Of a DNA stretch of 64,000 bases, positions 35,076 to 48,538 are shown piece after piece. Origin of the DNA: Eledone cirrhosa (lineage: Eukaryota); NCBI GenBank assembly GCA_964016885.1, contig OZ024751.1, positions 6,262,001 through 6,326,000 of the forward strand, read 5' to 3'. The first letter of the stretch is position 1. Each line of letters opens with the position of its first letter. The translations under genes were made by a program, and so were the position numbers. The notes below the pieces were generated by a model. It was given only the letters and a program-made list of their open reading frames with translations. It was not told where the DNA came from and did not search any database.

Positions 35076-36588
35076 ACATATATATATATATATGTCAGTG
35101 TGTATGTATGCGTGTGTGTATGTATCTGCGTGTGCATGCTTATGTGAGTGTGTATAGGTGTGTGTGGGGTGGAGGTGGGGGTGCGTGTGTGTGTGTGCGT
35201 GTGTGCGTGTGTGCGTGTGTGCGTGTGTGCGGGGGTGTGTGGAAACAAGAATCTGGACTGTAAAGTTTGGAATCGAAGTCTATATAGTACATCTTGAAAG
35301 CAAAAAGAAGAGCTCAGATAACGAGCAAGGTTCTTGAAACTAGCGAAAGAAGAAAATGTAAATTATGACGTGGAATTTTTATAGCATAATAATAGGAATA
35401 CAAGAACAAAATGCAATGATGATGTGTTAAAATATACAGAATATTCAAATAATGTATTCTCTGCTCTGATACAGTATGCTCTGTACCTTGAGAAATTCGA
35501 GGAACTCCATCGATCACTCTGGCTACGGACTTGATTGTCTTTCTCTAGCATGTAAGGCTTGATTATGGTGTAGATTGCTCCACTCTTCTCATGTTATGGA
35601 CTTCCACTCACCTTTTAAAACTTATATGAGAGTAACTTCCTCTTATCGCAATCTTTTTATTCTAAATGAAACTTGAATGAATAAGACAGTGTCTATCTCC
35701 AGACTGAACGTCCCTGTTATATTAGGGTAGCGGCAATATTTTTCCGATTATTTCGGTTAAAAGCAGAATGACATTGACACACAAGTACGGTTGTTTGACT
35801 AACGCCATACTTCAATGTTTCTTGTATTGCCATAATTTCTTTTCTTAGCCCTTTAGCATTTACATTACTTTATATTTACTATTATATTTTCACAGTAAGG
35901 TCTTTATCTCACTTAATATCGAAGCTATCCAATTTTGATATTATTTATTTTGGAAACAATACCTTAACATCTGTATGAGTGGCCGGTTACATCCAGTTTG
36001 AACATCCAGTCTGGCCGGATATGGCCAGTTTAAATGATGATGTGTTAATTCAGTCTTTTTCCAATATTGAAATTCAGGGAAAACTCGTTTCAATTATTTG
36101 CATGATATATTTGTTTAAATAAAATCATTACCCTCCGTAAATGACAAACATCAATGTGTCTGAAAAACATTTCTATTGCATTAAAATATTTATTGCCTTT
36201 TGCACAACACTAATGTAAAATATGATGTGAATATATTTTTATATACATATTCTTTAATTTTGAGTATTTAGTAAAAAAAGAAATGTGTAATTTTGGTTTA
36301 ATCAGAATAGACTGCAACAACCGTCAATATGAAATACATAACGGATATAAATTTGACAAGTTACGAGTATGGGAAGATGGAAAATATAGTAAATATAGTA
36401 AAGCTATTCATTAAACATGACAGTATACATTAATCTCTGTCTTAAAACACTCTAAAATATGTTTATTTTTTTAAGACATAAAAGGATTATAGACATATTG
36501 TTTCAAATGCGAAGGATGCAAATGTTTAAATCTTGACATGGTTCGAGAATTTCTATTTTTGTCTACAACAAGCGGTGGTACAAATATA

Positions 36589-36799
36589 CAGAACAACCAC
36601 AAAAACACCCCTTGAATTCAAATACTTATGATATGAAAACTTAAATGAATACTCTTACAATATTGGTGGCTACAGTTGCATAAACTAACAACGTTTCATA
36701 TGGTATTGGTTGCTATTATAGAGACTCGATATGTGCCCCTTTTGTTGCTCGACAAACACCAATGCAATAATCAAGCTTGGTGTTTTTGTGGATACCCTG
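36589..36799 (-). mobile_element. Tc1/mariner-type MITE
   Basis: TA-flanked imperfect TIRs CAG(GGTAT/AACAA)CCACAAAAACACC; retains transposase C-terminal codons VCRATKGAHIE. Confidence 0.75.
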
Positions 36800-37065
36800 T
36801 ATTTTAAAAGCATCGACTAAAGTTTCGGAAGTTATCATGGCAACAATATCTACACAGTTTTAGGGTGGAAAAAGCGGAGATTTAATATAACTGAAATTCT
36901 TAGTTTTATTGCCGAAACTAATTTATAGTTCTGTCTAAATACATACAACACGTATTTATTTAGAGTGAGTTTCCTCACGATTCATGCGATAACTTTGTAA
37001 TAAGTACACAATTCTGAGTACGAAAACAAATAAATATTTGGATTACTTCATGTAGTATATATATA

Positions 37066-38045
37066 TCTATACTATAAAGCTGACGACTGTATGTAGGTAA
37101 CAAACTTTCCACTTAACGGCTGAACAAACGGCACAAAATTTGCACCATAGATGTAACTTTTTCCAAGTAAAAATGTGAGGGTATTTTCGTTTACTGAATT
37201 TTGTTAAAAGATTAAAGATATTATTTAAATATTCACTTCTTTAAAATTTTCAAATGTCAATACTTCCAGTTATACGGCATTCTGAACGTCTTCACGAACT
37301 AAAGTATCATATTCTTGTTTTCTTTCAGTTGCAACGTTTTTCGAAATATTTACTTCTGCGTTCACAGGTTGATTTTTTTTAGTTTCAGAAGATCCCGTTA
37401 AGGATGAAAGCAGCGATTCTTTGCTTAAACTTTAATCTGTTATTTTAATATATATATATATATATATATATTCGTGAACAGATATTTTTGCATACACAAA
37501 AACAAACGTATTTATTTCACGAAAGCACAGATGGCTTATCGTCATTGTTACTGCCGATATGCCACGCAAAAAGTCCTAGCCTCGCCGCAAGCTCAGATTT
37601 TCCAGAAGAAAAAATATTACTAGAGCAAGAGAGAGACTAAGCTTCGCGATTATCATCAAGATAAAGCTCAGAGTCAAACTCTAAAATTGGCTGGCGTTCA
37701 TCTGGGAAACACATGGTCAATTGTATGTAGGATGTTCTAGGGTGACCTCGCCAAACAATCTCTTCATCTTTACTCCCGAGGGCCGAACAAAAAATATTGT
37801 ATACTCTGAGGCTCTAACAATGTAATTTATGTATTTTCTGTTACTTGGAATTTCCATTATGGTTGTACAAATTATTGTGAAGTTTGTTAAAACATGTGTT
37901 CTCTGTTCAACCTTTATTGTTGTAACTATCAATTTTCTTTAACGTACTGGCTGCTGAACTGCCCCCCCCCCCCCTCATTGCGTGCCATATCTTTGCACTA
38001 GGGTGGAGGGGGGATTCCTGAAAAGATAAAATGCCGGTAAACCTA
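37066..38045 (+). mobile_element. Internally deleted Helitron (3' boundary uncertain)
   Basis: 5' A/TCTATACTATAAAGC; 37640-37825 encodes a PIF1-helicase C-terminus KAQSQTL..GVHL..HGQLYVGCSRV..TKNIVYSEAL. Confidence 0.75.
37283..37450 (+). repeat. Dispersed copy of the terminal segment of the 56001-58877 PLE arms
   Basis: Aligns with 58735-58877; followed by (TA)n. Confidence 0.75.
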
Positions 38046-38049
38046 GCCG

Positions 38050-38097
<48 letters not shown>

Positions 38098-39549
38098 AAG
38101 AGGTGTGGGGAGAGATAAAGAAGGAAGAGGAGAGGAAGGAGAAAAGGAGAAAAGAAACATAAAATGAAAGAACATCTTAAAGTTTACCCAAGCCAAATGT
38201 ATTTATTTACATTTCTATCTGCAGTTTCTGATCAAGCTTACTGGCGCTTAAGTATGGTATTCAATTCTCATATCGTTTTTGGTGCATATATCGCATCTAT
38301 TCATGTTTTAAACATTAGATGACGATTGCTGATGTATATTGTACGACAGAATTAGCTGAAACATATTTTGAATGAACAAATAAAAGAGATATAAAAGAAA
38401 GATGTTTGTTGGTTGGTTCCTTCACGTATCACACGAAAAAAACGAAAAGTGACAATCGGAATGCATGTACAGGATTGGGATAAGAGTATATCAAGGAAAG
38501 TTTATTGATACTAATTGTATAACACCAAAGAAGAAGAAAGACATACCACGTATGCTAACCAGCCTGACTGCTATTTCTAGCAGGTTGGGAATCAACCATA
38601 AGAGATTCTCTCTGCGAGTTCGTTGTCAGTGATGATCGTGTTTCGCGGCCTATGTCTCCGATTCCAATGGTGGTTTACACACACACACAACACACACGCA
38701 CACACACACGCACGCACACGAACACTCACACAGGCACACACACAGACACACATATATATATACACACACACACGAACACTCACACACACATATATATATA
38801 TATACAAAAACACACAAACACACACACGCACGCTCAATACACCCACACTGTAAACAAGACAATGCATTCAATACATACGTTTTCTCTTCTACCGGTCTTC
38901 TCTTATCATTTGTTAACCTTGGTGAAGCTGGATACCTCAGCTAGTATATATATATTTAAAAGAATAGAGGTGTAACACACAAGTTATGATATATTTGTAA
39001 ATGGAAAAGAAAATGCTGACAAATTGTTCACAGTGAAAAATAGTTTAAGTAGGAATAAGTGAGAATTAGTAATGGTATTGGTTAGTATTCAGTTTTGGTT
39101 TTAAGTTTTACCGGTTGCGAATTTCTAATGTTTTTCAAAAAGAATTTTGAGATAGAGCGTCCGTGATGTTTGCTCTGATCTGATATGTTTTGGGAATTCT
39201 ACCTGTTTTTATGTGAAGAAAGTGGCTCCAGCGGTATTAAAATAAGTTTCGCGCCAATTCGTGTTGCAAAAATTGTTGGGGTCAAAACAATTTTGATTGG
39301 TCGGTAGAGGTCATGTGAATGTTAAAAATTGATTTTGCGCCAAATGTAGGTTTGTGTCGGCTGATTGAGAAGTCACTGAAAAATAAGTCTCACGCTCTCT
39401 GTTCGATTTGTGTTTATATCTTAACCCCAAAAATGTTACTATGCAAATAGTATACAGCTGGTAACGGCTACATTCCGCACGTTGAGAATACTCATACACA
39501 CTAACCGCTTCAAACCATTCCAAATAATGTTTATATATATATACGTATA

Positions 39550-39626
<77 letters not shown>

Positions 39627-39779
39627 CAGAGTTTTTAGCTTGCTCGAAGCATTGTTTAAGTCTCTCATAGTTTTAATCTCTCGAAAATATTTGTGATCGT
39701 TAAATTTGATAGGCATAACCATGACACCCACTGCAGACATACAGATAGAGGCAACATAGGGGACGTAATAATAGGCGCG

Positions 39780-41725
39780 CAAAACCCGAGACGGACATAA
39801 GACCTAGGGCACACTCACACTATTACACACACATGAAAGCACAAGACTAGATCTAAGGCCGTTATATGGTTTAATGCGCCATACTCTACGCATGTATGCA
39901 GCAACATGCCAGGCCTTTCTTTCCAAGCGTTAGAGGAGTGCTTCCCGCCGTCGAACAAATACCACAAGATTTTAAACCGCCACACGGTGAATATTTCCTC
40001 TTCCACAGCACCTAACATGGCCGACTACATGGCCAAAACCAACGCGGTACAAATGGGGAACATCGACCATCAACCGCGGCGGCAGAATGACCGTCCATCG
40101 GAGCATTGAGGACCCCTCGGGGACTGGTCTTCCAACAACAACCCGGCCCCCGTGGCAGCCGCCACGCCCGCTGAAGGTGATACAATCCAACGCCAGGAGG
40201 GAACGAGTGGCGGGGGGGAGACCATCGTGCCGTCGGAACAACACCCTGAGAATCGGGAGAGGGCCCTAGCAGATCAAGGGGCACGCGCCCAAAGTGAACA
40301 AAACAACGACAGAACATGTATCTGCAGAGCGGGCACCCAATGCCCCCTACAGGGAAGATGCCTGACGAAGGGCCTGGTATACAAATGTATGGTTAGTACT
40401 CACAATGTAAAGCACACCTACATCGGCGCAACATCCACGACCTTTAAATCGCGGAGGTATAACCACACGAACTCCTTCAAGGACCGCAATAAGAGGCACT
40501 CCACTAGGCTAGCGGACCTGGTGTGGGAATGAAAGTATCGTTCGGCACGCGAATGCAAACTCGGATGATAGTTGAAAGTGTAGCCTATGCCTATACCAGG
40601 CCATGGAAATAGTCAGACTGAAGGATGATGCGGTCAACCTGAAATCGGAAATGATTATGAGCTGCAGACACCAGAGAAGGTGCATACTCTCCGCAAGGAA
40701 TCCACCGGGAAGCCCAGGCTAAGGGCCCGCGGTGGAGCATGCGCCGACCAGAGCGACGAAATAGGTTCAAGGGATCAGATACCATACCCTGATGATAATA
40801 TATGCCCCGTGGGGTAAACCAAAATAACCCAAGATACATACCCGACTCTGCACGTCACCCTAGGCAGGAACATCGCCTGAGTCGCGACAGGTTAACTCGG
40901 ATTCCACGGTCTTTCAGTCGTATACCTACACCTATAGGACAACATACCTCAATCATAGTGACATACTCAAATATGGTCGGGCTACGCACCCCTATGCATG
41001 TGTACCTTTTCAATTGTGAATACATTCTCTCCACCTGTTCCATTTTGGAACACATTATTTGTTCCGTATACAGACCTAAGCTTGCATCTCATATTCCCCA
41101 TGCGTACTATGTCATGTCCATACACGTACCTTCTTCTTTCTCTTCTTTTTTTATATATCTCGATCTGACGTTATACGCATATTTAATATATTGTATATTT
41201 ATTTATTTTATTATGTTTATATGTATGTATATGTGTATGCGTATGCATCTCATACTCCCCATGCGTACTATATCATACGCAGACACGTACCTTCTTCTTT
41301 CTTCTCTATTATATTATATATCTCTATGTGACGTTATATGCATATTTTAATATATTGTATATATATTTTATTGTTTATATGTGTGTGTATATGTGTATGC
41401 GTATGAGTATGTATATATATATATATATGTGTGTATGTATAGAGAGAGATATATGTATATGTTACGTGAATGTGTATGGATGGAAGTATATGATTATATT
41501 GTTTATATCTGTGCATGTTTAGTATATACTTTCAGACGTTCAACCATCTGGCAGGAAGGTATACGATGCTGACGATAGCTAATAAGCTTGAAAGTAGTAC
41601 ATCGTTCCTGTGTCAGTGTTGAACAAAAAGGTGACGTGGTTGCCTAAACACTGTACGGCGTAATTCGGGCTGTTTGTTGTTTACAAACAAACCGAGCATT
41701 ATAATAAATGTTCGGTAAACCGATA
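39780..41725 (+). mobile_element. 5'-truncated Penelope-like element (linker + GIY-YIG + 3' UTR/pLTR)
   Basis: VIWFNAPYS, CFPP..YHKILNR, CICRAGTQCPLQGRC, VYKC..YIG, FKSR.YNH; hammerhead near the 3' end. Confidence 0.85.
41563..41605 (+). ncRNA. Minimal type I hammerhead ribozyme
   Basis: ACGATG-CTGACGA-TAGCT AATA AGCTT-GAAA-GTAG-TA-CATCGT. Confidence 0.75.
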
Positions 41726-41859
41726 CGTGCATATATATATATATGTGTGCATGTATGTATATATATACATACTACTGTACGTCTGTATACATATATGTAT
41801 ATACATATACATACATACTTATATATATATATGTATATACATATATATATATATATATC

Positions 41860-42235
41860 AGATCAAAAGATGGTTAAAAGAGTTCCAAGTATTTTATTAT
41901 GCGCATTTCAAAAACAAATATCATCATGGGATATCTGCGTTCTCATCAGATAAAATAGGGAGACATGATATGAAGCTTAAAAAACACTTGTGAGCAGTGA
42001 AGTTTTAAATCAACATATGTTGATTTAAAACTTCACTGCTCACAAGTGTTTTTTGAGAACGCAGATATCATCCCATGATGATATTTGTTTTTGAAATGCG
42101 CATAATAAAATACTTGGAACTCTTTTAACCTCTTTTGATCATATATTATTTATACTCCAGTCCTACAAACTGTAGAGTGCTACTTATCCGATATTTGCAT
42201 TACTTTATTGTGCTACAATAAAACTCCCCTCCTAA
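41860..42235. mobile_element. ORF-less head-to-head pLTR hairpin of the 42697-45360 PLE family
   Basis: Palindrome centre AAATCAACATATGTTGATTT (42007-42026); complete hammerhead on the minus arm (~41889-41958), core deleted on the plus arm. Confidence 0.8.
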
Positions 42236-42651
42236 ATATATATATACGTGTGTGTATGTGTATGTGTGTGTATATATATATACATTTATTTATTTATATA
42301 TATGTGTGTATGTATACATGCATATAGGTGTATGGATGTATGTATTTAGTTACATTGTTTATATTTGTGCATGTGTATAACAAGATGCATCCTTTCATGG
42401 ATGACCTTGTACGACCCATTGTGTAGTTTTATATGACTGTGAGTATATCATATTTGAGTACGGGCTGATATATGTATGCCTGTATGTATCTTTGTAGATG
42501 TACGTAGGCACGGAGGTAATTGGGTGCGTATTTTTTGAATGTATATATATGCCAGTGTGTGTGTGTGTGAGAGAGAGAGAGAGTGTGTGTGTGTACGTGC
42601 ACTTACTGTAGGGTAAGGGCTTGTTTGTTTCTCTGTACATTTATGTGTGTG

Positions 42652-42696
<45 letters not shown>

Positions 42697-42699
<3 letters not shown>

Positions 42700-45360
42700 G
42701 GAGGTGAGTTTTAATGTAGCACAATAAAGCAATGCAAATATCGGATAAGTAGCACTCAACAGTTTATAGGACTGGAGTATAAATAATATAAAATCAAAAG
42801 ATGGTTAAAAGAGTTCCATGTATTTTTTATGCGCATTTCAAAAACAAATATCATCATGGGACGATATTTGCGTACTCATCAGATAAAATAGGGAGACATG
42901 ATATGAAGCTTAAAAAAACTTTCGAGCAGTGAAGTGTTAAATCAACATATGAAAAATAAAATAAGAGGGATATATGAGATTGGAAAAAAGAGCTGATACG
43001 TGGACTAGAGCTGATACTTCCAACATAGTTGATATCACAACGGGTTAGTCGGATTCAGCGCAATTGACGGACTTAATTGGAATCTTTATTTTGAATTCTT
43101 TAAATCGGAAAATTCCTCAACTTCGCGGTGGAATTTATCGTGACGATGCCCTTTTTACTGTCTTAAACTGTAACTTAGTTAACCTTAATATTATAAAGAA
43201 TAATATACTTGATCTATTTAAGCACCATAACCTAAAAATTGAATTTGAAAACAACGTCAAACTAGCTAACTTCTTGGATATATCCCTTAATCTTGACACC
43301 GGCCTATACTACCCTTATCATAAAGACAACGAGAATCTAAATTAGGTTAATTTCAAATCTAACCACCCTATTAACGTTAAAAATGCTATAGTCAGTAATG
43401 TTGAAAAAAGAATCTCAAATCTATCTTCTAATAAACTTATCTTTGACGCTAAAACCAATTATTACAACAATGCGTGTCCAGAGCCGGTTATCCTGACAAA
43501 ATTAAATACAGTAAAGAAACCAATCATGGGGGAACTTATAGTAATACAGTTAGTTATAAGCATTCCAATAGCATAAAGAAAGACCTAGATATAAAAATAT
43601 GATTTGGTACAACGCTCCTTTTTCTCTATGTATTATTAGTAATATTCCTAAACTATTTTTTAGGGCCTTAGATAAATGCTTCCCTCCTTCACATATCTAT
43701 AGTAAGATCTTTAATAAGCATACACTTAAATTCTCTTATTCCACCACTTCCAACATCAGTAACATTATCTCAAAACATAATACTAAAATATTAAGTAATA
43801 AATCATATCCACCAAAAACTGAGCGTCATAATAATAACAATAGTAAGCCCGACGTCAATGTTAACTCTAGGCTAGATTCCGTAAATTTAAATACGACGTC
43901 AAACGTAACTTTGTCGAATGTTCATAATACCAATCTAAATCAGGAAACTTTAGCACCTATCGTAAGTAACTTCTCCATATCAATTCCTTCTATAAATAAT
44001 ACTGGGTCACTTGACAATAACTCTGGTAATTTCTCTAATCGTAATTGCAAATGCCCTATTAGAACTAAATGTACTCTTAGTAACCAATATCTTGATAAAA
44101 ATTTAGTGTATGAATGTAAGGTTATAACTGGTACTAATTCTTTTACCTATTTTGGTTCCACCTCCACTTCCTTTAAGGCAAGATTTTATAATCACAATTT
44201 TTCTTTTAAATACCAACTTAAAAGAACTAACACATCACTCTCAGAACTCATATGGTCAGAACATGTAATCTGTTCCTAGCGGAGAAATTTACTATTATCT
44301 ATAATCTTAATTCTATAATAAATAGACGTACGGATTTATTTTCACTTTGCTTGCATAAATCCCATAGAACTTTCCATAAAGTATACAGCTAATATCTTAC
44401 TACCTAATTAGTTTAAAATCTTTTTTTCTCTAACACTTTTATATTTTTTACAAATATACCCATCTTTCTACCTTATTTCAGTATATTATAAAATATTACT
44501 CATACTATGTCGTTAGCGGTCCCCTAAATTTCTTCTTTTTTAATTTCTAACACTTCTTAATTCTTCTTATAACTCACTATAGCATTTTCCTTAAATTCTC
44601 GGCCATACAAATTTTTATTTTTAATATATACTAATATTACCATTAGAGAAATTTTGTAAACATATTTTTTTGACGTTATATATTTTTTCCTCCTTGAATT
44701 TTTTCTTTCTTCTCTCCTTCCATGCTCGTATTAAATCTATTATTTACCTTTTCCTATTACGATATATATAAACAAACTTGGACCCTAATTAATTCCTCTA
44801 AGTTCATAATTCATTTAACCTTATCTTCATTCACCCTATCTTCTTAATATATTTTAATTTAATAATACATTTTAATAAATTCCTTTTCAATATATAAACC
44901 TTAAATAAATAGTATTCTTAATTCCTTTTTCTTTACTTATAAGCATCACCATTCATAAACCTTTAATTTCTCAATTTTTTAAAATTATGTATTATCTTAC
45001 AACGGTTTTTTTTAATTTTTCTCTGTGAGCCAGTGTTTCTCAGTATTAAAGGTTATCTCTCTCTCTATCTCTTTCTCACTCATTTTCTCCTCCTCTCTAA
45101 CCCTCCCTTCTTATACTCCTCCTCCGTCATCCTTTTCTTTCCCTCTTCCTTTCCTTTTTTCCAATCTCATATATCCCCCTTATTTCATTTTACATTTGTT
45201 GATTTAACACTTCACTGCTCGCAAGTGTTTTTTAAGCTTCATATCATGTCTCCCTATTTTATCTGATGAGAACGCAAATATCATCCCATGATGATATTTG
45301 TTTTTGAAATGCGCATAATAAAATACATGGAACTCTTTTAACCATCTTTTGATTTTATAT
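42697..45360 (+). mobile_element. PLE with inverted 5' pLTR (42697-42950), RT C-terminus + GIY-YIG remnant (~43030-44390) and 3' pLTR
   Basis: GIYRDD, NFLDISLNL, SNHP, IWYNAPF, CKC..KC, VYEC..YFG; inverted repeat with 45195-45360. Confidence 0.88.
45255..45325 (+). ncRNA. Type I hammerhead ribozyme with intact core (minus-strand copies at ~42820-42888 and ~41889-41958)
   Basis: TATTTTAT-CTGATGA-long stem II-GAAA-TGCGCA (palindrome)-TA-ATAAAATA. Confidence 0.85.
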
Positions 45361-45629
45361 TATATATATATATATATAAATATATATATATATCTGTGTT
45401 TGGGAGCGAGTCTGTCTTTGTGCCTCTATATACGGACACGTGTGTGTATGTGCGTGTCTATGTACATGTCTGCACGTGTTTGTGTATATGAGCAGATATA
45501 TTCGTACGCTTGTGTGTGTGTCCCTGTATGCGCGCGTGTGTGTGTGTGCGTGTGAGAGCTGATGTACGCGAGCAGTAGGCAGGCATCTGTAGACGCATAT
45601 GTTGTTAGTTATATGGTTGTGTATGTGTG

Positions 45630-45695
<66 letters not shown>

Positions 45696-45809
45696 TATAT
45701 ATATATATATATAGGTATATATGTGTATGTATGTGTGTATGTATGTATATTTGTGTGTATGTGTATATGTGGATGTATGTGTATGGGTATATTTGTATAT
45801 GTGTGTGCG

Positions 45810-46140
45810 AGTGGACGTGTGAAATACCAACTCCAGCTTGAATTTGTTGAAGTGTGTCATGAAGAGGGTAGCTGATGGACATTCTGCCACAAGTATTGGC
45901 CAGAATTTATGATGACGTAGAAAAACAACAGCCAACAGCAGGACAAGCAAGGAAGATGTTTTTTGACGCTAAAACACCAGTGAGAAAATTTGATCAGGAA
46001 TTATTGCCAGTGTCCGACGAACCTGCAGATTCCACAATCAGACAGATCCATACAATGCTCGCATCTCGAGCTCTCTGCCGGTGAAACAATTGTAACACAG
46101 AATAAATTGAGTCCAGATGCATCACTGATTTTTCGTTTCA
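45810..46140 (+). repeat. Dispersed repeat, possible PLE pLTR; second copy inverted at ~55550-55880
   Basis: Shared TTGGCCAGAATTTATGATGACGTAG...CCGGTGAAACAATTGTAACAC; GAAA-CAATTG-TA is hammerhead-like but the 5' core is unclear. Confidence 0.65.
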
Positions 46141-46514
46141 TATTATATATATATATATATATATATATTTAATACAATAACAGAGAAAGCTTTAAGCTAA
46201 ACTCCGACTGGTAATCATCTCACTCAACAAACATTAGGATATACGTAAGTATAATCCCAATTTAGTGTTTGGGGTGCTAACTATATGTATTTTGTGGAAA
46301 GCCAGTTGTATTATTTTATATGAGATATAATTAAAATTAAAATATATCTCTCTTTCCAAACAATTGTTTCATTATAAGTTTTCTACAAGCTGGGAGAATG
46401 TTTCCAGTTTATGTAGAACCCTGACATATTTTCCTGTAAGAATATATGTAGGTGGGCACTTATAAATCATCACTGGATGCCCATTAAACTTTGAGATAAG
46501 AAAAAATTTCTTAC

Positions 46515-46680
46515 CGCAGTTATTTTTCGTGTCCGCTAAGTCATCCCTTCACGCATCGAATGACCGCCAAATTTGAAATTCCAGCAGTCTTTAGACTGAG
46601 GAAATATCATAGCGTCACGAAGCGGAAAAGGGAGACAATCGCGAGTCACAGGAAAAGTAAAATAATATACACGTGGGTTA
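46515..46680 (-). promoter_or_regulatory. Candidate host promoter / first exon
   Basis: Local CpG enrichment, E2F-like plus CHR-like CCGCCAAATTTGAAA (46564-46578), CACGTG, then an 81-nt GTAAG...CTTACAG intron-like segment 46434-46514. Confidence 0.3.
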
Positions 46681-47529
46681 ATTAGTTTTTTCAAAACATT
46701 ATCAATCCTGCGTGTTAACTCAATTAATTTTAAAAAAATAAATGTATGCATGTATTAATTACACACGCATATAGATATTTTCTTAGGCTAAAAACAGAGA
46801 AGTGATACCTAAATAACAAACAATATCTCATAACAGTAATAAATACGGAAAGTTACGTTTAAAAGGCATCTGGAAATATAAATTGATAGTTAGATGTACA
46901 TATGTGTGTATATATATACGTATAAATGTATGTATATATCTATCTATAGATATAGATATGTACATGTGTGCGCGCGCGCGCGCGAGTGTATCTGTAAAAT
47001 GGTGTTTCTCAATTTTTATCTAGCGTCTTTCCCTTACGCGTACACATATTTCCACGTGTGTCTGTGTACCGCATGTTTGACAGCTCGTCTATTACTACAT
47101 ATCTGAATTAGTTAAACACGTATGCTGTCATGTAGGTCTCATTGATACAACAGTAGTTGGAATTAGTATAATAATTGATTAATTACTTTGCTTTGAGCTG
47201 TTAACATGCGACAGTGAACATGTCAGGTTTAATCCTATATATACTATATTTCAATTGAAAAATGGGAATGAAACCAAATAAATGGTATATTGCCTGTTAG
47301 ATAATATAAACTCATATCTTAAAATTGCTTGGGAATATACCAAGTCTTACATATCATGGTGTATGATCAGCAATTGAAGAAGTTAATCTATATATACTGT
47401 TTAAATACTACTTATTGTCATTCTTCTGCATAGCATGACATATCTCCTTAAACATATTTATCCATAACTATACTAAGGCAGTTTCAAAGTTATATAGTGA
47501 AAATATTATTGAAATATCAGAATCCCTAG

Positions 47530-47735
47530 ACACTCACTCCGCCTGTTGCAGACGGTGCATCAACATGAGATATTCTTCTCCACAAAGGTCGATCCCCAAC
47601 TGCAGATTTTAAAGAGCAAATGTCCAGTTCGTAAGTTGACATTATCAAGCAAGCGTTTTGGCTGTCGACCATTGCTTCCTTACCGGCTAACTTTACACAC
47701 ACCACTAGTTGATCTTTTGATATGACCATAAAGAT
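47530..47735 (-). pseudogene. RTE-clade LINE C-terminal remnant
   Basis: YGHIKR...GRQPKRLLDNV...DRPLWRRI pattern across frames. Confidence 0.6.
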
Positions 47736-47987
47736 GAATTACTCTTGACTTCAAATGAGATGGACAAATTAAAACATTGCAAAATATATCTAATTTCGAT
47801 TTCGAATCTATGTGGAAACGGACGAGTTAATTATTTAGTTATGGTTACATTATCCACTGCTATCAGAATACTATAGCATACAATACTACAACATTATTGA
47901 TTGAACTACTCTGTAAATATTCCATCAAATAAGTTGAGTTAAATTGTGCTTTGCTCGTTTGCCATTTGTCTTCGAGCATTAAAGTGC

Positions 47988-48127
47988 TCTTCTTCTTCTT
48001 CTTCTTCTTCTTCTTCTTCTTCTTCTTCTTCTTCTTCTTCTTCTTCTTCTTCTTCTTCTTCTTCTTCTTCTTCTTCTTCTTCTTCTTCTTCTTCTTCTTC
48101 TTCTTCTTCTTCTTCTTCTTCTTCTTC
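47988..48127. repeat. (TTC)n microsatellite
   Basis: Seen directly. Confidence 0.97.
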
Positions 48128-48339
48128 ATTCGGACTGTTTGTTTACAAACAAACCGAACATTATAATAAATGTTCGGTAACCCATATATATATATATTAA
48201 TAAGAGGAATTCCAACTTTGTCTGATTTACTCGTTTTATTTACAATCCTTTAAAATTTATAATGGTATTATAATGAAATAGTATGATATAATATTAAATT
48301 CTAAGTGTTAATTGAAGCACCATCGCTACCATTATACAC

Positions 48340-48421
<82 letters not shown>

Positions 48422-48427
<6 letters not shown>

Positions 48428-48538
48428 GACGTAAATTTTTAGAACATTTTAAAAATAAAAAATTAACTTACTTACTAAAATTTTAGTAAGTAAGTTAATT
48501 TTTAATTTTTAAAATTTTCTTAATTTACGTCTTTCATA
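48422..48538. repeat. AT-rich near-perfect palindrome next to (TA)n
   Basis: GAAAGACGTAAATT...TACTAAAATTTTAGTA...AATTTACGTCTTTC. Confidence 0.85.

Noticed and set aside
39120-39400. DIRS/Ty3-like RNase H remnant on the minus strand (KHIRSEQ-ITDALSQ)
   Set aside because: One short frameshifted motif; insufficient without a profile search.
40530-40532. Selenocysteine TGA in a Naiad-like PLE
   Set aside because: It falls at a position that is Leu in sister copies (IWSLK); the conserved Cys codons I checked are TGT/TGC and I saw no SECIS.
46434-46514. Intronic C/D snoRNA (GTGATGA within a GGGCA/TGCCC stem, minus strand)
   Set aside because: Too short and no D box.
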